Source of the DNA: Eledone cirrhosa
Lineage: Eukaryota
Length of the DNA stretch: 64,000 bases
Assembly (NCBI GenBank): GCA_964016885.1
Contig: OZ024747.1
Location: 16,740,001-16,804,000 of the forward strand
Direction: 5' to 3'
In this document: positions 30,195-44,390 of the stretch, piece after piece
How the letters are laid out: each line of letters begins with the position of its first letter
Numbering within the stretch: position 1 is the stretch's first letter
Made by a program: the position numbers and the translations under genes
The notes under the pieces: model-generated
Told to the model about the DNA's origin: nothing
The model's input: the letters and a program-made list of their open reading frames with translations, nothing else
The model's database searches: none

Positions 30195-30198
<4 letters not shown>
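29451..30198 (-). mobile_element. ~750-bp TA-flanked element with ~120-bp terminal direct repeats
   Basis: 29451-29574 is repeated at 30079-30198 (628-bp period). Confidence 0.7.
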
Positions 30199-30239
<41 letters not shown>

Positions 30240-30240
<1 letters not shown>

Positions 30241-30357
30241 AATAATAGTTTTTACTTTTGGCACAAGGCCAGCAATCAGCCAGTACATTACTGCTACTTT
30301 ATTTTATCGACCCCGTAAGGATGAAAGGCAAAGTTAATCTCGACGGGATATGAAATC
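30240..30357 (-). mobile_element. Same SINE, 5'-truncated
   Basis: Reverse-complement homology. Confidence 0.8.
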
Positions 30358-32599
30358 ATCATATATATATATACAATAATAATAATTATAAACATCAATA
30401 TAGATGTTTCAAATTCGTTTATTCATAAATCATTGATACGTATTACTTCTGTCACGAAACCAGGCACGCTACAACACCAGACATCATGGCTTATGCAATA
30501 AGGTGATGTTGCCTATCCAATGTACGTTATAGACATGGTGGGGAACCTATATATCTTCTCTGTCGAAGTCCGGTCAGCACCCACGAAAGAAAACAATATT
30601 GGAGCTTTGCACGAGGCACTCAATAAGAAGATATCATTTAAATCGATAAGTTACATCTTAGATTAATAAACATACGTTAAATAGCGTGACAAATTGATAA
30701 TTGTGGTTAAGGGGACAAAGCCTCAGAAGCCACCACAACAGCGAAAATACAATGAGGGTAAATAACAGTTCAGGAATAAACCAGACAAATAGAGATGCAA
30801 ACAAACAAAATAACTTATTAGCATCACATTTGTGTGTGTGTCTATGTGTGTGTCTGTGTCTGGGCGTATGTATGTATCTGTGTCTGTAGATTTTAATCGT
30901 TATTTTGTGAACAAGTTTTATGAAATATTTATATATTCATTGTTTCACAGCGGCGGCTCCATACAGTCTCACCAGTTTCCCGTTTATTTCACATTCTCAC
31001 ACCCCAGGTATGATTAAACATGGTTATTAATCACCTACAACATGTTTCTTTTCGTTTCTGACACCTGAGAGCTACTGCGTGTGTTTATGCGTATGTATAT
31101 ATTTATATATGTATGCATGTATGTATGAATGCATGTATGTGTGTGTGAGTGTATGTATGTATATATGAAAGTACGTATGTATGTATATATATTTATGGAC
31201 TTATGTATGTATGCAGGCGTTTTCAAATGGTAGGAATTTTGTAGAGAAATGTCAATACATATATCAATACAGATATCAATACAGATGTCAATAGAGATGA
31301 AGTTCAAACGGAAATCTTGACAATTGCTTATAACCCTGACACACTGATTGATCTGTGTGTAAGTGTTATATTGTTGTTGTTGCTGATCGTAATGTTGTTG
31401 TTTTGCTGTTTACTTAAGATGATATAACACTAATCACGGGGACTAATCAAATATGTTTTGCCTGTCATAGTTTCATTTGCATCCGTTTAAGTTTTAATCT
31501 TAACTATTATATAGAAAGGAGCGCGGTACTGCGTCCAGAATATATTTGTTATCCCGTTTGTAAAATATGTTGGATTACTTTGAATAAATAATGATTGAAT
31601 ATTACATAATGTATGTACTAAATTTCGTAACTCTTGATTAATTATAAATAATGTTATTGCTTATTTAAAGATTCACTTCGTTAACATTTTCAAATGGCAA
31701 AACTTCCGATTAGCGAACGTTTATAACATTTATAAACACATCGCTTATATTTCCGTCGCTAATTTTCTCCTAATACAGTTTATACATAATATCATCATTA
31801 TTAAATGTATCATGGGTTACTTTACTGATTGCAGAAGAGAGTGTAACACAGACTCTCTTCAATTTCTGTGGATATTGTCAATTACGATGTTATTTGACAT
31901 ATCATATCTACATGCATATATACTTGCGTATAATATCAATATGTACACTACACACTCAAGCAGAAAACCATCTGAAGGGTGGTTTTTCTGCTAGCATATA
32001 TAAAGCTACTTCATCTAACATAACATTTGTTTCTAAATCCAGTAATAGTCAATTCGACAAAGACTTCGGTGCTATGTGTATCAAATGAAACGATACAACA
32101 AACCTAAATCTGCAAGCGTAAAACATATACTTGTTTATCTCACCTTGAATACATTTCTTTTATTAAATTTATAAACCCCTAGTGGATGAGTTACGAAGTT
32201 GACATGATGGTTCATACTTCAGCAGATAAGTAAACGTATTTCTATGTGGCTTTTATCTTAGTTCGGAGTTGTATTTCTTGAGCAACTGACTTCATCCAAA
32301 ACAGTGTATTGACACTACAGAATTTACATCGTGGAAATGTCATTTCGCCATTTAACATAAATACAAAAGCTGTTAAATTGACGCCGCTTATATCACTGCT
32401 TGTAGCAAAATCATTCACGTAGTTCCGGCAAAACATTTTCCATCAAGAAATAAAGAATAGATTTAAAGTGAATTTAAGAGTTTTATATTTTCTGTATCAC
32501 AAAACGACTCTTCCGCAATCTAATTGCTTATCCTATTTGATTGTTGGCATGTTACCAAACACCACACGTCTTCTGTATGAAACTGATTTGCTGTAAATG

Positions 32600-32830
32600 A
32601 GCGCGGGTTTGGTCAGAAGCAACAGTCCCCTATTGATCGGGCTGGATACTCAAGCAAGACCAGCTGAGCGCATGGATGTTATCCAATTGTTTTTCTCAAG
32701 AACTACTCCTGGGTTGTCTGCCGATTGGTTTTACCCGTAACATGTTTTCATCGTTTTTCTCCTGACACATTATTAGAAAATATCCGTAATATCAGAGCTG
32801 TGATCTATATATTCCGTGAAGTAGCGACTC
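32600..32830 (-). pseudogene. Degenerate RTE-like LINE C-terminal fragment
   Basis: Minus strand RSQL*YYGYFLIMCQEK..KPIGRQPR..QLDNI resembles the RTE L-R-[WY]-x-G-H..GRPR..W-x-D motif. Confidence 0.4.
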
Positions 32831-33571
32831 TCTACCTTCGATAAAAGTGATGGCTAATGGTTCTATAGTTATTTCTTAATTTCTGTTGATGTGAAATATA
32901 ACCAAATGAATGTTGACAGAATAAATAGGCGAGACTGATTCATTCGCTAGGCGGGTAAAGTAATTGCGTTTGGTTCACTGCTGTCTTCTGAACCATGAAA
33001 TATTTGCCTCAAATGACACCATAAAGCTGGACCAGGCCTATATCACTAAAGATACACGAGAAACGTAAATATAGGATTCAACTATTAGATGAATATCAAG
33101 CAGAATCAAATTACGCTTGCTTTCACTTCACGTGTATAAATAAGATGGATAATCTAGCTAGACGTTAGTTAATTGGCAATACGAACATTATTTATCTTAT
33201 TTCAAATATCAACAGAACCTTTTTGCTCATACTAAATTTCGCGACATTTTTGGGAGTAAATATATTTGATTACATAAACAAATCATCAACATACACAAAT
33301 GAGGTCCGAGCCAGAATCAATATAAATAATGTGTCTATTGTCATTTTTTGTGTCTTATAAATGCTGTAATTAATCATGTTTAATGAAAGAGTTTTATTCA
33401 ATAATTCAAGACCGATATAGCTAATTTCGGCTAAAATTACACTCTGCTGGCTGATGTATTCCTATAACGTATATGTCTGTGTGTAAGGGGCAACGTGGCA
33501 ACTTCTATAAAAGTTCATTATATGATAGTATTCGCAGCAAAATCTCCTTAAAATCACATTACTGCCTCATA

Positions 33572-33681
<110 letters not shown>

Positions 33682-34010
33682 AGATAGAAAGACGGAGAGA
33701 AAGAAAGAGAGAAACATAGACATACACACCATTTGTTTTCGAAACGCTGAGCGAGTTAAAAGCTTTCGGAATTTATGACAATTTAAAATAAAGTTAAGGG
33801 CTACAACACATTATATTTTATGAAATTAATATAAGAAGTGAAAATTGTGCAACGTCCTCTGTTGGACTCGAACTCACACATTTCTTATAACATTTACAGA
33901 AATCGTTTAGTAGAAAAGCGTCAAAATCACTAGATTGTATAAAAAATATATTTGTTTACCGACCACATGTTCTCGTGTTTCCATATAATCAACTCAAGTA
34001 ATCTACTCCA

Positions 34011-34265
<255 letters not shown>

Positions 34266-34290
34266 ATATATATTTGTGTGTGTATGTGTA

Positions 34291-34480
34291 TCCGGGGTTC
34301 AATCGGGAGTAAGCACAGTCAGTAAAGTGCTCAATAAATATCAGAGTATAAATATTTAATATAGCAATGGCTTCTACAGGACTATAACTGTTTAATTCCA
34401 AGAAAATAAGCAGGCTTTCCTGATGATTTCCTTCAAATGAAACAGTTCTATTCCTGTAGAAGCCATTTTTTATATTAAAT
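34291..34480. mobile_element. Small hairpin element family E with hammerhead (34413-34464 +) and tail 34291-34353
   Basis: aatggcttctacagga / tcctgtagaagccatt inverted. Motif: ggctttc-CTGATGA-tttccttcaaat-GAAA-cag-ttctattc-ctg-TA-gaagcc. Confidence 0.72.
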
Positions 34481-35688
34481 ATATATATATAAATATACAT
34501 ATATATATAAATATATATATATGTTTACACGTGTCTTTGGGGAGGGTATGTTGTCAGTATCCGTTTAATATGAGCCAATAACTGAATGTTGAATTCAGTC
34601 TACATTGAATTAGCTTAAGAAGCTACCTTAAAAGAAACCACAGTGCACTAAAATCATTGAAATAGAAAGGAAATTCCAGATGTCATAATTATCCCAAGGG
34701 AGATTTCTGAGGACAAATGATTTATTTCCAGAATCATTTTGAAGCTATTTGAATTGCCACTTGAATGTAAACCTTTACAATATCTTGAGAGAAACCTCAA
34801 TAGGCCTGCTGCATCCAATTTTCTTCTTTGTTTTGTTTCTGGAGGTATCGATCAAATTCTTAAATCATCTGCTGCCAAATCATAGTATCCGTATGTAGAA
34901 AATGTTGAGGAACTCATCTATTGTTATAGTGAAGATGTACGTTTTTCCCTCTTAAAAAGGGATTTTTCTAATAGTTGATATGAGGATCCTTATTTTGAAT
35001 AATTTTCCAGCAATTTATTAATATTCATGTAGATTGATCGACTTGAAACGACTTTAACTTGGATTCGAAACCACCACAAATGATTTGTTTTGTACAAGGT
35101 GATATATCAATGCATAATATGCACTAATAATCGATAACATTGTGTTACCTATCTTTACTAATTGTTGATGAAACGAATGAGTTGAAGACTGACACATTAT
35201 ATAAGGTAACTCTATTAATGTCAAGCACCGTCCGCTTATTTAATCTGAGTTTCAAATACAATAGCTTCAACATTAATAAGGGTATTCACCATTATATGAA
35301 TGATTTGTGATAATACTGATGCTTGATCTCATGTCAAATATGTTTAACACAGAATATAATCTCCCACGATAGTAATTATTCAATCCTAACTGGAAAGAAG
35401 AGAAAATGGTGAAATCGTTATCAGACAGTCTCATTATCCAATTGCTTGAGTAAATATACGTCATAATATGTTTAAATAACTGAAGGTAAACTACATCCCT
35501 ATAGCCATAGAAGATGTCCTGTATATGTTGTGTTGGCACAGGCAGGCACAGATGCATGTACACACAGAAGAGCACAAGCACACGAAACATAAACATATGC
35601 ACAGAGACAGACACATATACATTTGTTGATTTTTGGAATCTGTTGCCTATTGGATGTTTCATAATCCAATGCAGAGTCCTTCACATAG

Positions 35689-35692
35689 AGAT

Positions 35693-35769
<77 letters not shown>

Positions 35770-35775
35770 CAGATA
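35689..35775 (+). repeat. (GATA)n microsatellite
   Basis: Direct reading. Confidence 0.97.
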
Positions 35776-37007
35776 GCGAGAGAGATAGGAGAGAGTAGAG
35801 AGACGAACATTCACAAACAAAATCAAACGTAATCACAAACATATAAGTATGAATACACTCACTAAAGTAAACATATGCAGAGACAGATGCACACACATAT
35901 TTGTTTTACGGACGGAGTTGTCTTAATCGAAATACTGGTAGACGGTGGTGGTAGACGGATATGAAAAAAATGCAACCATATTCTCTGGAAAACAATTTAC
36001 CTTCCTATTACTATTATAGCATCCAAGTATTTTAACATTAAAAAATATACGCTGCTACGTAGAAAATAGGAGAATGCATTGGATAATATCTGACGAGATA
36101 CACTTTGCCTGAATAAAATGGTCTATTTAGAGCTTGAATAAGAAATAGTATAGTACTAATTGGAAATAAACAAGAACGTCAGGTACTCTGCTGCTGCTAT
36201 ATTGATATGGGTATCTTATGTATATGTTATCCGTCTGTAAATTCTGATGAGATGTATTCCAGTTGGTATGATCAACGAAACAGCCTGTTCATTAAATTAA
36301 CACGTTTGAATGAACATTCTACAGACACACCCCTGAACAGAGTCATTAGGGGTATCCGGCATGACAACCTATACGTCATGGCGAATTAGAGATGCAAAAC
36401 AAATTTGTTAGCTGCATGATCAGAAGGAACGTGAAATAAAATGATTTAGCCAAAGACAAAACGCTCCGTTGGCAATCGAAGTAAAGACATCACGTTGGTG
36501 CGTCGAACACTTTAACCATTGTAGGAAACAGCGCGTGAATGACCTAGTCCGGTATAAGTAGTACCTACTTTAACAGAAAATATATAATAATATATTTCTT
36601 TCAGAAATCAAGTAAGTATTTCTCTTGCGAAGTATTGAAACTCTACGTAAATAATCGGACGAATGCCATCAAGCCATATCTTTCCAAGCAAATAGATAAA
36701 TATCATATTGAATGCTGATGTACAAGACTGGCTAAATATAAAGAAAGATGTAAGGGTAACAGATTATATACACATTCTCAAAGCTCTATCCAATTCGAAC
36801 ATACATGGTACTAAAGGGAAAACTGAACAACAACAGCATATACACTTTGTCACCTACGAGCAAATGCGCAAAATGTATGTGATGTCTAACCTTGCTTGAA
36901 ATAGTAGACACATATTCCCCAAATCATGCCATTAAATATGCCTTTAATAGGAAAATGTTACATACAATAAATATACTCTACATGCACAGATTATTTCATT
37001 ATTTTTT

Positions 37008-37132
37008 GCCATTCTGAGTTCAAATCCCGCCGAGGTTAACTTTGCCTTTCATCCTTACGGGGGTCGATAAAATAAAGTACCAGGAATGCACTGGGTAATT
37101 GCTGGCCTTGTGCTCAAGGTAGAAACAATTAT
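37008..37132 (+). mobile_element. Same SINE, 5'-truncated
   Basis: Homology. Confidence 0.82.
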
Positions 37133-37550
37133 TTTTTGTGTATACGTATTTTTCACAAAAACGTACGTCAACAGAGTTGTTAGTTATTGTAGTGTCAGTC
37201 ATATCAGATAGTCTTCGAATATAATCAAATACGTCAAACGTCAGATGTTACAAATTAAAATTACCCGCAGAGGAGGAAAGCTACACCCATTTGCATTACA
37301 AATCAAAGAGCGTAAGTAAACACGGCACAGCCGGATAAAAAAACAATAGAAATGATGGTGCCATGTAAAAGAAATAAGACGAAAGCAAAACAAATATACG
37401 TGTATAGAATTGAATATGTGACGACATTGATTATTTTGGCGGACAATGACAGCAATATAGAGGGTAGTGGTTGAAATTGGGGTGCGGTCATTTTGATGAT
37501 TTAAGACCTGCTGTCAATATTATCTTTGACGCAAACGGCTCACTCCATTT

Positions 37551-37593
<43 letters not shown>

Positions 37594-37648
37594 TGTGTGT
37601 GTGTGTGTGCGTATGTGTGCGTGTATGTGTGTGTGTATGTATGTGTGA

Positions 37649-37739
<91 letters not shown>

Positions 37740-38604
37740 CATATATATATAGATATATGTACATATTTATGTGTATATATATGTTTCGTGCATACATACA
37801 TATGCGCATCAAATAATTATACACGTACGCAATGCTAGAATATAAGCAAACATATGCTCGTTTGAACATTTAATAAATATGTTAGTATATGCCATCTGCT
37901 AGGCTATTATCTATTTTCATCAGCATTTGTTTAAATGTTATGTCTGGGTCGGTATTGTTTGAGATTGCTTCTTCTTAGATGTGCTTGATATGGCAGCCAA
38001 CCATCTATAATCATTAACCGAGGATTTACAATGTCCAGGCTATTCGATAATCTGTTCTTTGACATGTTTGCCTATTCTTTAGTTTGATCGTCTTCCATGC
38101 GGACTGAGAAATTCTTCAAAATGCTTCTTGCATTTCAGAGCATCAGTACGATTACAAAGACCATACACATTTTATCTTCACTATCGATTTTAGATTGTAG
38201 ATATTTATAACGATACATTTGGTAGCATTGTCTCCAGTCACGAATTTATCTGCATCATGTCTTTTAAAGATGCGTGTATAACTTTCAAATCAGATAAGAT
38301 TATGTAATGATATAAATATATATAATTCTCCAATTGTTCATACAAATCAATTCGGCAGTGGTGAACAGATTAGATAAAAATGGGGTTCAGAATTGTAATT
38401 ATTCACATTGGCACACTTTACAACAGAACTAGGAAGCATATACTATTACGTACAATTCAGAAAAAAACTATTTTAATACAACGATGCATTTGATTTATTT
38501 ATACATACACAGACGCACACAACGTACACACACACATACTCACACCCTTACTTAACACACACACACACACTCACACACACACACATATGTATATATATAT
38601 ATAT

Positions 38605-39203
38605 ATATTGTTACACTTTGGGAGGGTCATGTTGCCAATAAGAAACACACGCACCAGTTGCTTTCACTTCAATTTATTATAATAAATTTATAAATTTAGG
38701 AATTTATAAATTTATAAATTTCCGGTTGGTTGGTTGGTTCCACAACCAGATGGTTGTTTATATATTGTCAAAGTTCTTTTGTCACACATTCTGTGACCTC
38801 TTCAGTGACTGGGGATTCTTTTCTTTGTTCGATTTTTGTTTTTGTGTGACACACTACGCCATCTTGTTTTTGTGTGACACAAAAACAAGATGGCGTAGGA
38901 CAGAACAAAGGAGAGGCACAAAAACAAAGAAAATAATCCCAGTCACTGAAGAGGTCACAGAATGTGTGACGAAAGAACTTTGACAATATATAAACAACCA
39001 TCTGGTTGTGGAACGAACCAAGAAACCGGAAATTTATAAATTTATAAATTCATAAATTTATAAATTTATTATAATAAATTGAAGTGAAAGCAACTGATGC
39101 GTGTGTTTCTTATTGGCAATATGACCCTTCCAAAGTATAACAATATCGGTTTCAACACACGTTTTCAGATAAAGAATCTTGCTAAACAAATTCAGAAACG
39201 AAA
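38605..39203. mobile_element. Hairpin element family D (arms ~38605-38875 / 38877-39146, tail 39147-39203)
   Basis: ~270-bp inverted arms between (TA)n. The tail and 3' part are homologous to 19515-19616. Confidence 0.85.
38942..38984 (+). ncRNA. Minimal type I hammerhead motif
   Basis: gtca-CTGAAGA-g-gtcac-agaatgt-gtgac-GAAA-gaac-TT-tgac. The mirror copy at 38767-38809 has GAAA changed to AAAA. Confidence 0.78.
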
Positions 39204-39273
39204 TATATATATATATAAATTAATTAAAACAATGAAATAAAAACAAAGAACAAGTTCCTTATATTAAAAAGTT

Positions 39274-39410
39274 CATCATTTTACGATCGTTTCTGGGATG
39301 TATATGTGTGTTGGTATGTATATCATGTTTAATATCTATGTAAAAGTATTACAAATTATCAGAGGAAATATACATACCTTCACATATACATGCCGTCCTC
39401 AGAAATGATG
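39274..39410 (-). ncRNA. Type I hammerhead motif, long stem II
   Basis: catcattt-CTGAGGA-(102 nt)-GAAA-cgatcg-TA-aaatgatg, with a perfect 8-bp stem I. Confidence 0.85.
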
Positions 39411-40465
39411 AGATGTGTGTATTGAAAAAAACAAGAATTAATATAAAGAGTCGGTTTGGGAACAGGTTTTGAATTGACCAATAGAAATAAGTCAGAAGTC
39501 AAGTTGATAGAATAACAGTAGTAGAAATTAAATCTAGCAGTGGAAGAGTGCAGATTTATGCTTTGAATGGGGAGGAGACAGATGGAAGTTAAAATGAGGT
39601 CAAGTCAAGAAGGGAGTGAAGTGTATACGAAAATTGATGTTATTAAAGAATGTTGTTAAAAACGAAGGAATAACACATTTTGGGATAAGGGTATTATTGA
39701 GAAATACCAATCTTATTTAAACTACAAGGAATCTGGATACATAACAGGAAATTAAATTAATTGATAGGTATACTTACAGGGATAAAATTATATTAATGTA
39801 TATGAATGTGAAAAATAAAGAAGTAAAAAATTAAAGCAATAAAAAAAATATATATGAAAAATTGGGATAGATAAATTTTTTTATAAAGAGTATTGCATCT
39901 ATACGGACATTGATGATATTAAAGATATTAATTATAAATGAAGTAGTGAGGTTTTAAATAATTTTAGGAAAAAGAGCTGTAAGAGGGAAATGAAATTATG
40001 AAATTCTCTGTAGTAAAATACTAACTATAGGTTAACTAAATTTAAAAAATCAATTATAATAAATTGTAAAATATAAGAGTAAGTTTATAATATTATAAGT
40101 TTATAATATTTGAAAGTTTTCCTAATTCTATGATTGCAAGATATAATTAACTCTTGTCGCTTATTTAATAGGATATCCTTAGATTTCATGATTTCAAAAA
40201 GTTATTGGAAGCATAACATACACTCGTAGCTGCTATTCTGATAAGGGCTGGCCCTTTTAAGCACGCTCCAGGTCAGGTTGAAATCAATATTCTTCTTTTT
40301 ATAATTGTTAATTGCTACAGCCAAAGATGTTGTATTAGCTAATGCGGCATTTTTAAAACTATGTTTGTGGATATTAAATCTTACTTTAAAATGGTTAGAC
40401 GTAGCTCCTATATATGAATGAGGGGGGTCCTTAGTGCTAATTTTACATTTATAGAATATGTTATT

Positions 40466-40580
40466 AATTGTTTCTAATTTAGCACAAGGCAAGCAATTAA
40501 CCAGTGCATTACTGGTACTTTATTTTATCGACTCCGTAAGGATGAAAGGCAAAGTTAACCTCGGCGGGATTTGAACTCAA
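40466..40580 (-). mobile_element. Same SINE nested in a PLE endonuclease gene
   Basis: Splits ..CPLNGNC from NNIFYKC. Confidence 0.85.
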
Positions 40581-40857
40581 GACAATTTCCATTTAATGGG
40601 CAATTTCTTTTGATTCTAAAGTTACAACCATTCGTAAATATGATATCAGTGGAGCTAGTCAAAGTCGGTGTTGAGTTTACAGGACCTGTTATAGGTGAAG
40701 GAGATGGTGGTTTGTTATGGTTTATTTTAGTATTATTATGGTTGGTTTGATGTGTTGGTGGTATATGTATGGAATATTTGGATTACATTGAGTTCTTCAT
40801 ACGGATTGGACACTATCGTATATTTTGGTAGATTTATCTACATATATATATATATAC

Positions 40858-41050
40858 AGGAAAAGAGTCAGGACCCCGACGGCTGAGCTCCGGCCATTTC
40901 GAGATCCGAATTGTTCATATCTAGCTGTCGAAACGGCCGGAACTCAGCCGTCCGGTCCTGACTATTTTCCTGCGACCCACTCTAATACCCTAAGTATTGA
41001 GTACTCTGGTGAGTTATGGTCAACCTGATATATTGGCATACCCTCCTTGT

Positions 41051-41052
<2 letters not shown>
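40858..41052. mobile_element. Hairpin element family A
   Basis: Same arms and tail as 16019-16222. Confidence 0.8.
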
Positions 41053-41111
<59 letters not shown>

Positions 41112-41115
<4 letters not shown>

Positions 41116-41359
41116 TTGGAGTAAGTTTGCTTGGATGCGTCCATAGGCGGTATGACGGATGAGCACTCTATGATCCTTCGGAGCAGAGTATGATAATATG
41201 GAAAACGAAGAATCAGTGATGCAGAGGATTTGCTTCGAAATCACTAGACGTATCTGAGGAACTTGCAAATCCAGAGTCAGGTTCGATCCACAAACAGATC
41301 GTACCTCGAGCTGTTCGCCTGCAAAACAACTGTAATACGTAATAAAATGAGTTCCGATG

Positions 41360-41363
<4 letters not shown>
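41112..41363 (+). mobile_element. Short TA-flanked element with hammerhead-like motif 41248-41340
   Basis: acgtat-CTGAGGA-(62 nt)-AAAA-caactg-TA-atacgt, then AATAAA. Perfect stem I, but GAAA is mutated. Confidence 0.6.
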
Positions 41364-41407
<44 letters not shown>

Positions 41408-41556
41408 GCACATATATACACACAGCCATATATGATGAGTCAATAGATATCCCGAGCCTCCCATCAGTGAAACGTTCTTGACTTAACCCAACCAATAGAA
41501 GTCACAATGTGAAACCTCATATTGTTCTTATATATATTTCTCTCTCTTTCTTTCAC

Positions 41557-41665
<109 letters not shown>

Positions 41666-43234
41666 GTCTCTGTGTGTGTGTGTGTGCACACAATTGTAAC
41701 CCACTTTGCAACTATATATTTCTAATTGAGAAATATAATATTTGCTTTCAGCTCTTTTATGTTTATTTTAAAAGTATCCCGACTCAAACATGATGGTTAT
41801 TATTGTTTCCAGGTTTTTAATAAGCTCTGTAATTATGGAGTCAAGATATATAATTTAAGTGGACTTTGAACTGTGTACAGTATTAGTATAATGCACTCAA
41901 ATCAATGAGACGTTGTTATTTATTTACATGACGTTATATAATTATATGCAATAGCTGTTTTCATTCGAGAAATGTTTTCTAAATATTTTTTAGGAACCAA
42001 ATTTCTCTTTGAAACCTCTCATAATTCTATTTGATATCAATTGTATGAATCAATAATACTGTGATTACATAAATGCAAGTTTAGTACTGATTGAAAATTA
42101 CCATAAACAAAGTGAAAATAATTATTGCATGAAATGGAAATTTTAGAAATAGTAGTGCATTTGTGCTTATAATGAATGTTGCATTCCACTGCACTCTCAT
42201 TAAACTAAATGCACGTATGCCTAGAAGGATTCAATCAACAAAAGTCGCAAAGTATGTTCATCTGTTTATATGTCTTTCTTGTAAAACTATGAATATAATG
42301 CATCCAAGCAGTTTGGACTGCAATATTGTAAATGGAAATTTGATTTGTTTGTAGATGTTGAGAAATTGAATAAATTTTAATATAATAATACATTCATATA
42401 TAGTGTTGAATTATGTGAATCCGGCGTTCGATTTCAGGTGAGTAGATCCCGCAACTTAACTTCTATGCTTCCGTTAATAACTATCTATAGTTATCGACAT
42501 GCTTATTTAGTGTTTCGGAGAACTAAATAAAGAGCAAATCATAAAACATAACCTAAAAATATAACAAATACATAGTTTGCTTCAATTAAATATTCTATTT
42601 AATATTTTCTTTTAGTGACGTCGTAAAACGCATACTATATAACCTGGGGACGAAACAGACTACTAATGTAATTAATTCGCTAATTTGCTCCAATGAATCA
42701 CATCATGATTCTTAAATTTGCGTGTTGCCAAGATAAAATTGAATTAAATTTCAGAGCTGTCATATAATATAGTATTTATTCACATGTTCAAACTGTATAT
42801 GCCCAATTTGGTAAACTGGATTGTTAGATGAAATTTGATCATTATAAAGTTGGTGTTTGTATCTTTCAAACTAGAAAGATACCTTGTCTGTTAGGCCGTG
42901 TTAGTGATTGAACTCAAAACCGAAAAGGTTAAATTTCAATAGCAGAGGTTTCCATGTTCTACTGATTTATCCTAACTTATATAACATGAACAATTATGCT
43001 TTGGTGAAAACGTGAAAAATTGTTTTAAACTCTTCACATTAAGTTTAAATTTCAATGTTTAGGAATTGGATATATATTGGTGCATAATTTCTTTTTTTTT
43101 CGTCTGGCAGCCATTAAACGATTTACTTCCTACTTATCGTTTATTTGTTCCCCTCGTCTGAAACATTGAATGCATTAATGTATTTTAAAATTATGCACAT
43201 ACACCATTTTACTTAATCTGAAACCACTTAGTTA

Positions 43235-43287
<53 letters not shown>

Positions 43288-43321
43288 AGATTTGAATGGA
43301 TACAGTTTAGTTGAAAGGAAT

Positions 43322-43438
43322 TTATTGACACGTGTTTCTATAACAGTTACATAACCTAAAACAGCTATCTACAAACTTTTAGTTATGCAGACATTCAATA
43401 TTTCAATGTTATTGTTTACTGTCATTTCATCAGAATAA
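43322..43438 (-). ncRNA. Mirror copy of the hammerhead motif
   Basis: Reverse complement of 48489-48605. Confidence 0.8.
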
Positions 43439-44028
43439 TATTACTGAGGACCTATTTAGTTTTTATAGAGAATATTAGGAGGAAGGGGTGAAGTTGTTAG
43501 AAGAATAGTTGAAGGAGTGGTTTTTCGATAGCAGTGAGAATTCTTGGTGGCAGTGATTAATTAGATTCCCATCTGTTGTTTTGACATTTTTTATAGAATA
43601 TATTATTGGTTATTTTTCTAAATCTATAGAAGGATTAGAGATAGTAAAGATATGCGTGGTTGGTTTTGTGTTTGCACTTAACATTCAGACTTAAATTTTT
43701 CTTTCAAGTGTACGTATTCTTTCACCCACGCATTCACACACAAATATATTTGCACACCTCTACAAAATACATATACTCACAATTCACATATTCATACTTA
43801 CATATATATACACATGCATACACATATATATACACACATGTATTCATGTACATACATACGCGCTCATGTGTATACATTTTCATACTCAACTTATCTTTAT
43901 ATATACACACGTATAGACACACACATATATACATACATACTCTAGTCCATGTGTACACACATACACATACATACACATCCATATACACATACATACATAC
44001 ACATATATATATACATATATACATATAC

Positions 44029-44075
<47 letters not shown>

Positions 44076-44390
44076 CATATATACACACACATACACACAC
44101 ACATATATATATATATATATAAGCACTTTAATACATGAATACACTTACATCTAACTATACACATCAAACATATATATATATTTACTTATTTATATACATT
44201 TTCACATATATATACATACTTATGGACGTTTTTAGACACATTCATTATCGCATATTTGTACCTATTCTCATCAGCATATCTTTTCATTATTAGTATGGTA
44301 ATTTAAGGTTATTAATATATGTTGAAAAGAGATTGTTTTTATATTTTTCTAACTAGATTAAGGTTTATATAGTTGGGGGATGTCCCTCTT

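Larger units (their letters stand above)
39218..40841 (-). mobile_element. 5'-truncated PLE (third family): GIY-YIG pseudogene plus 3' UTR, interrupted by a SINE, with an inverted tail
   Basis: Minus strand reads NGCNFRIKRNCPLNGNC (40581-40632), then the SINE, then NNIFYKC..SYIGATSNHFKVRF..CMLC. The 3' end is homologous to 55578-56017, and 40776-40841 matches the reverse complement of tail 55443-55510. Confidence 0.85.

Noticed and set aside
37990-38200. Possible decayed GIY-YIG remnant on minus strand
   Set aside because: Too degenerate to support by eye.
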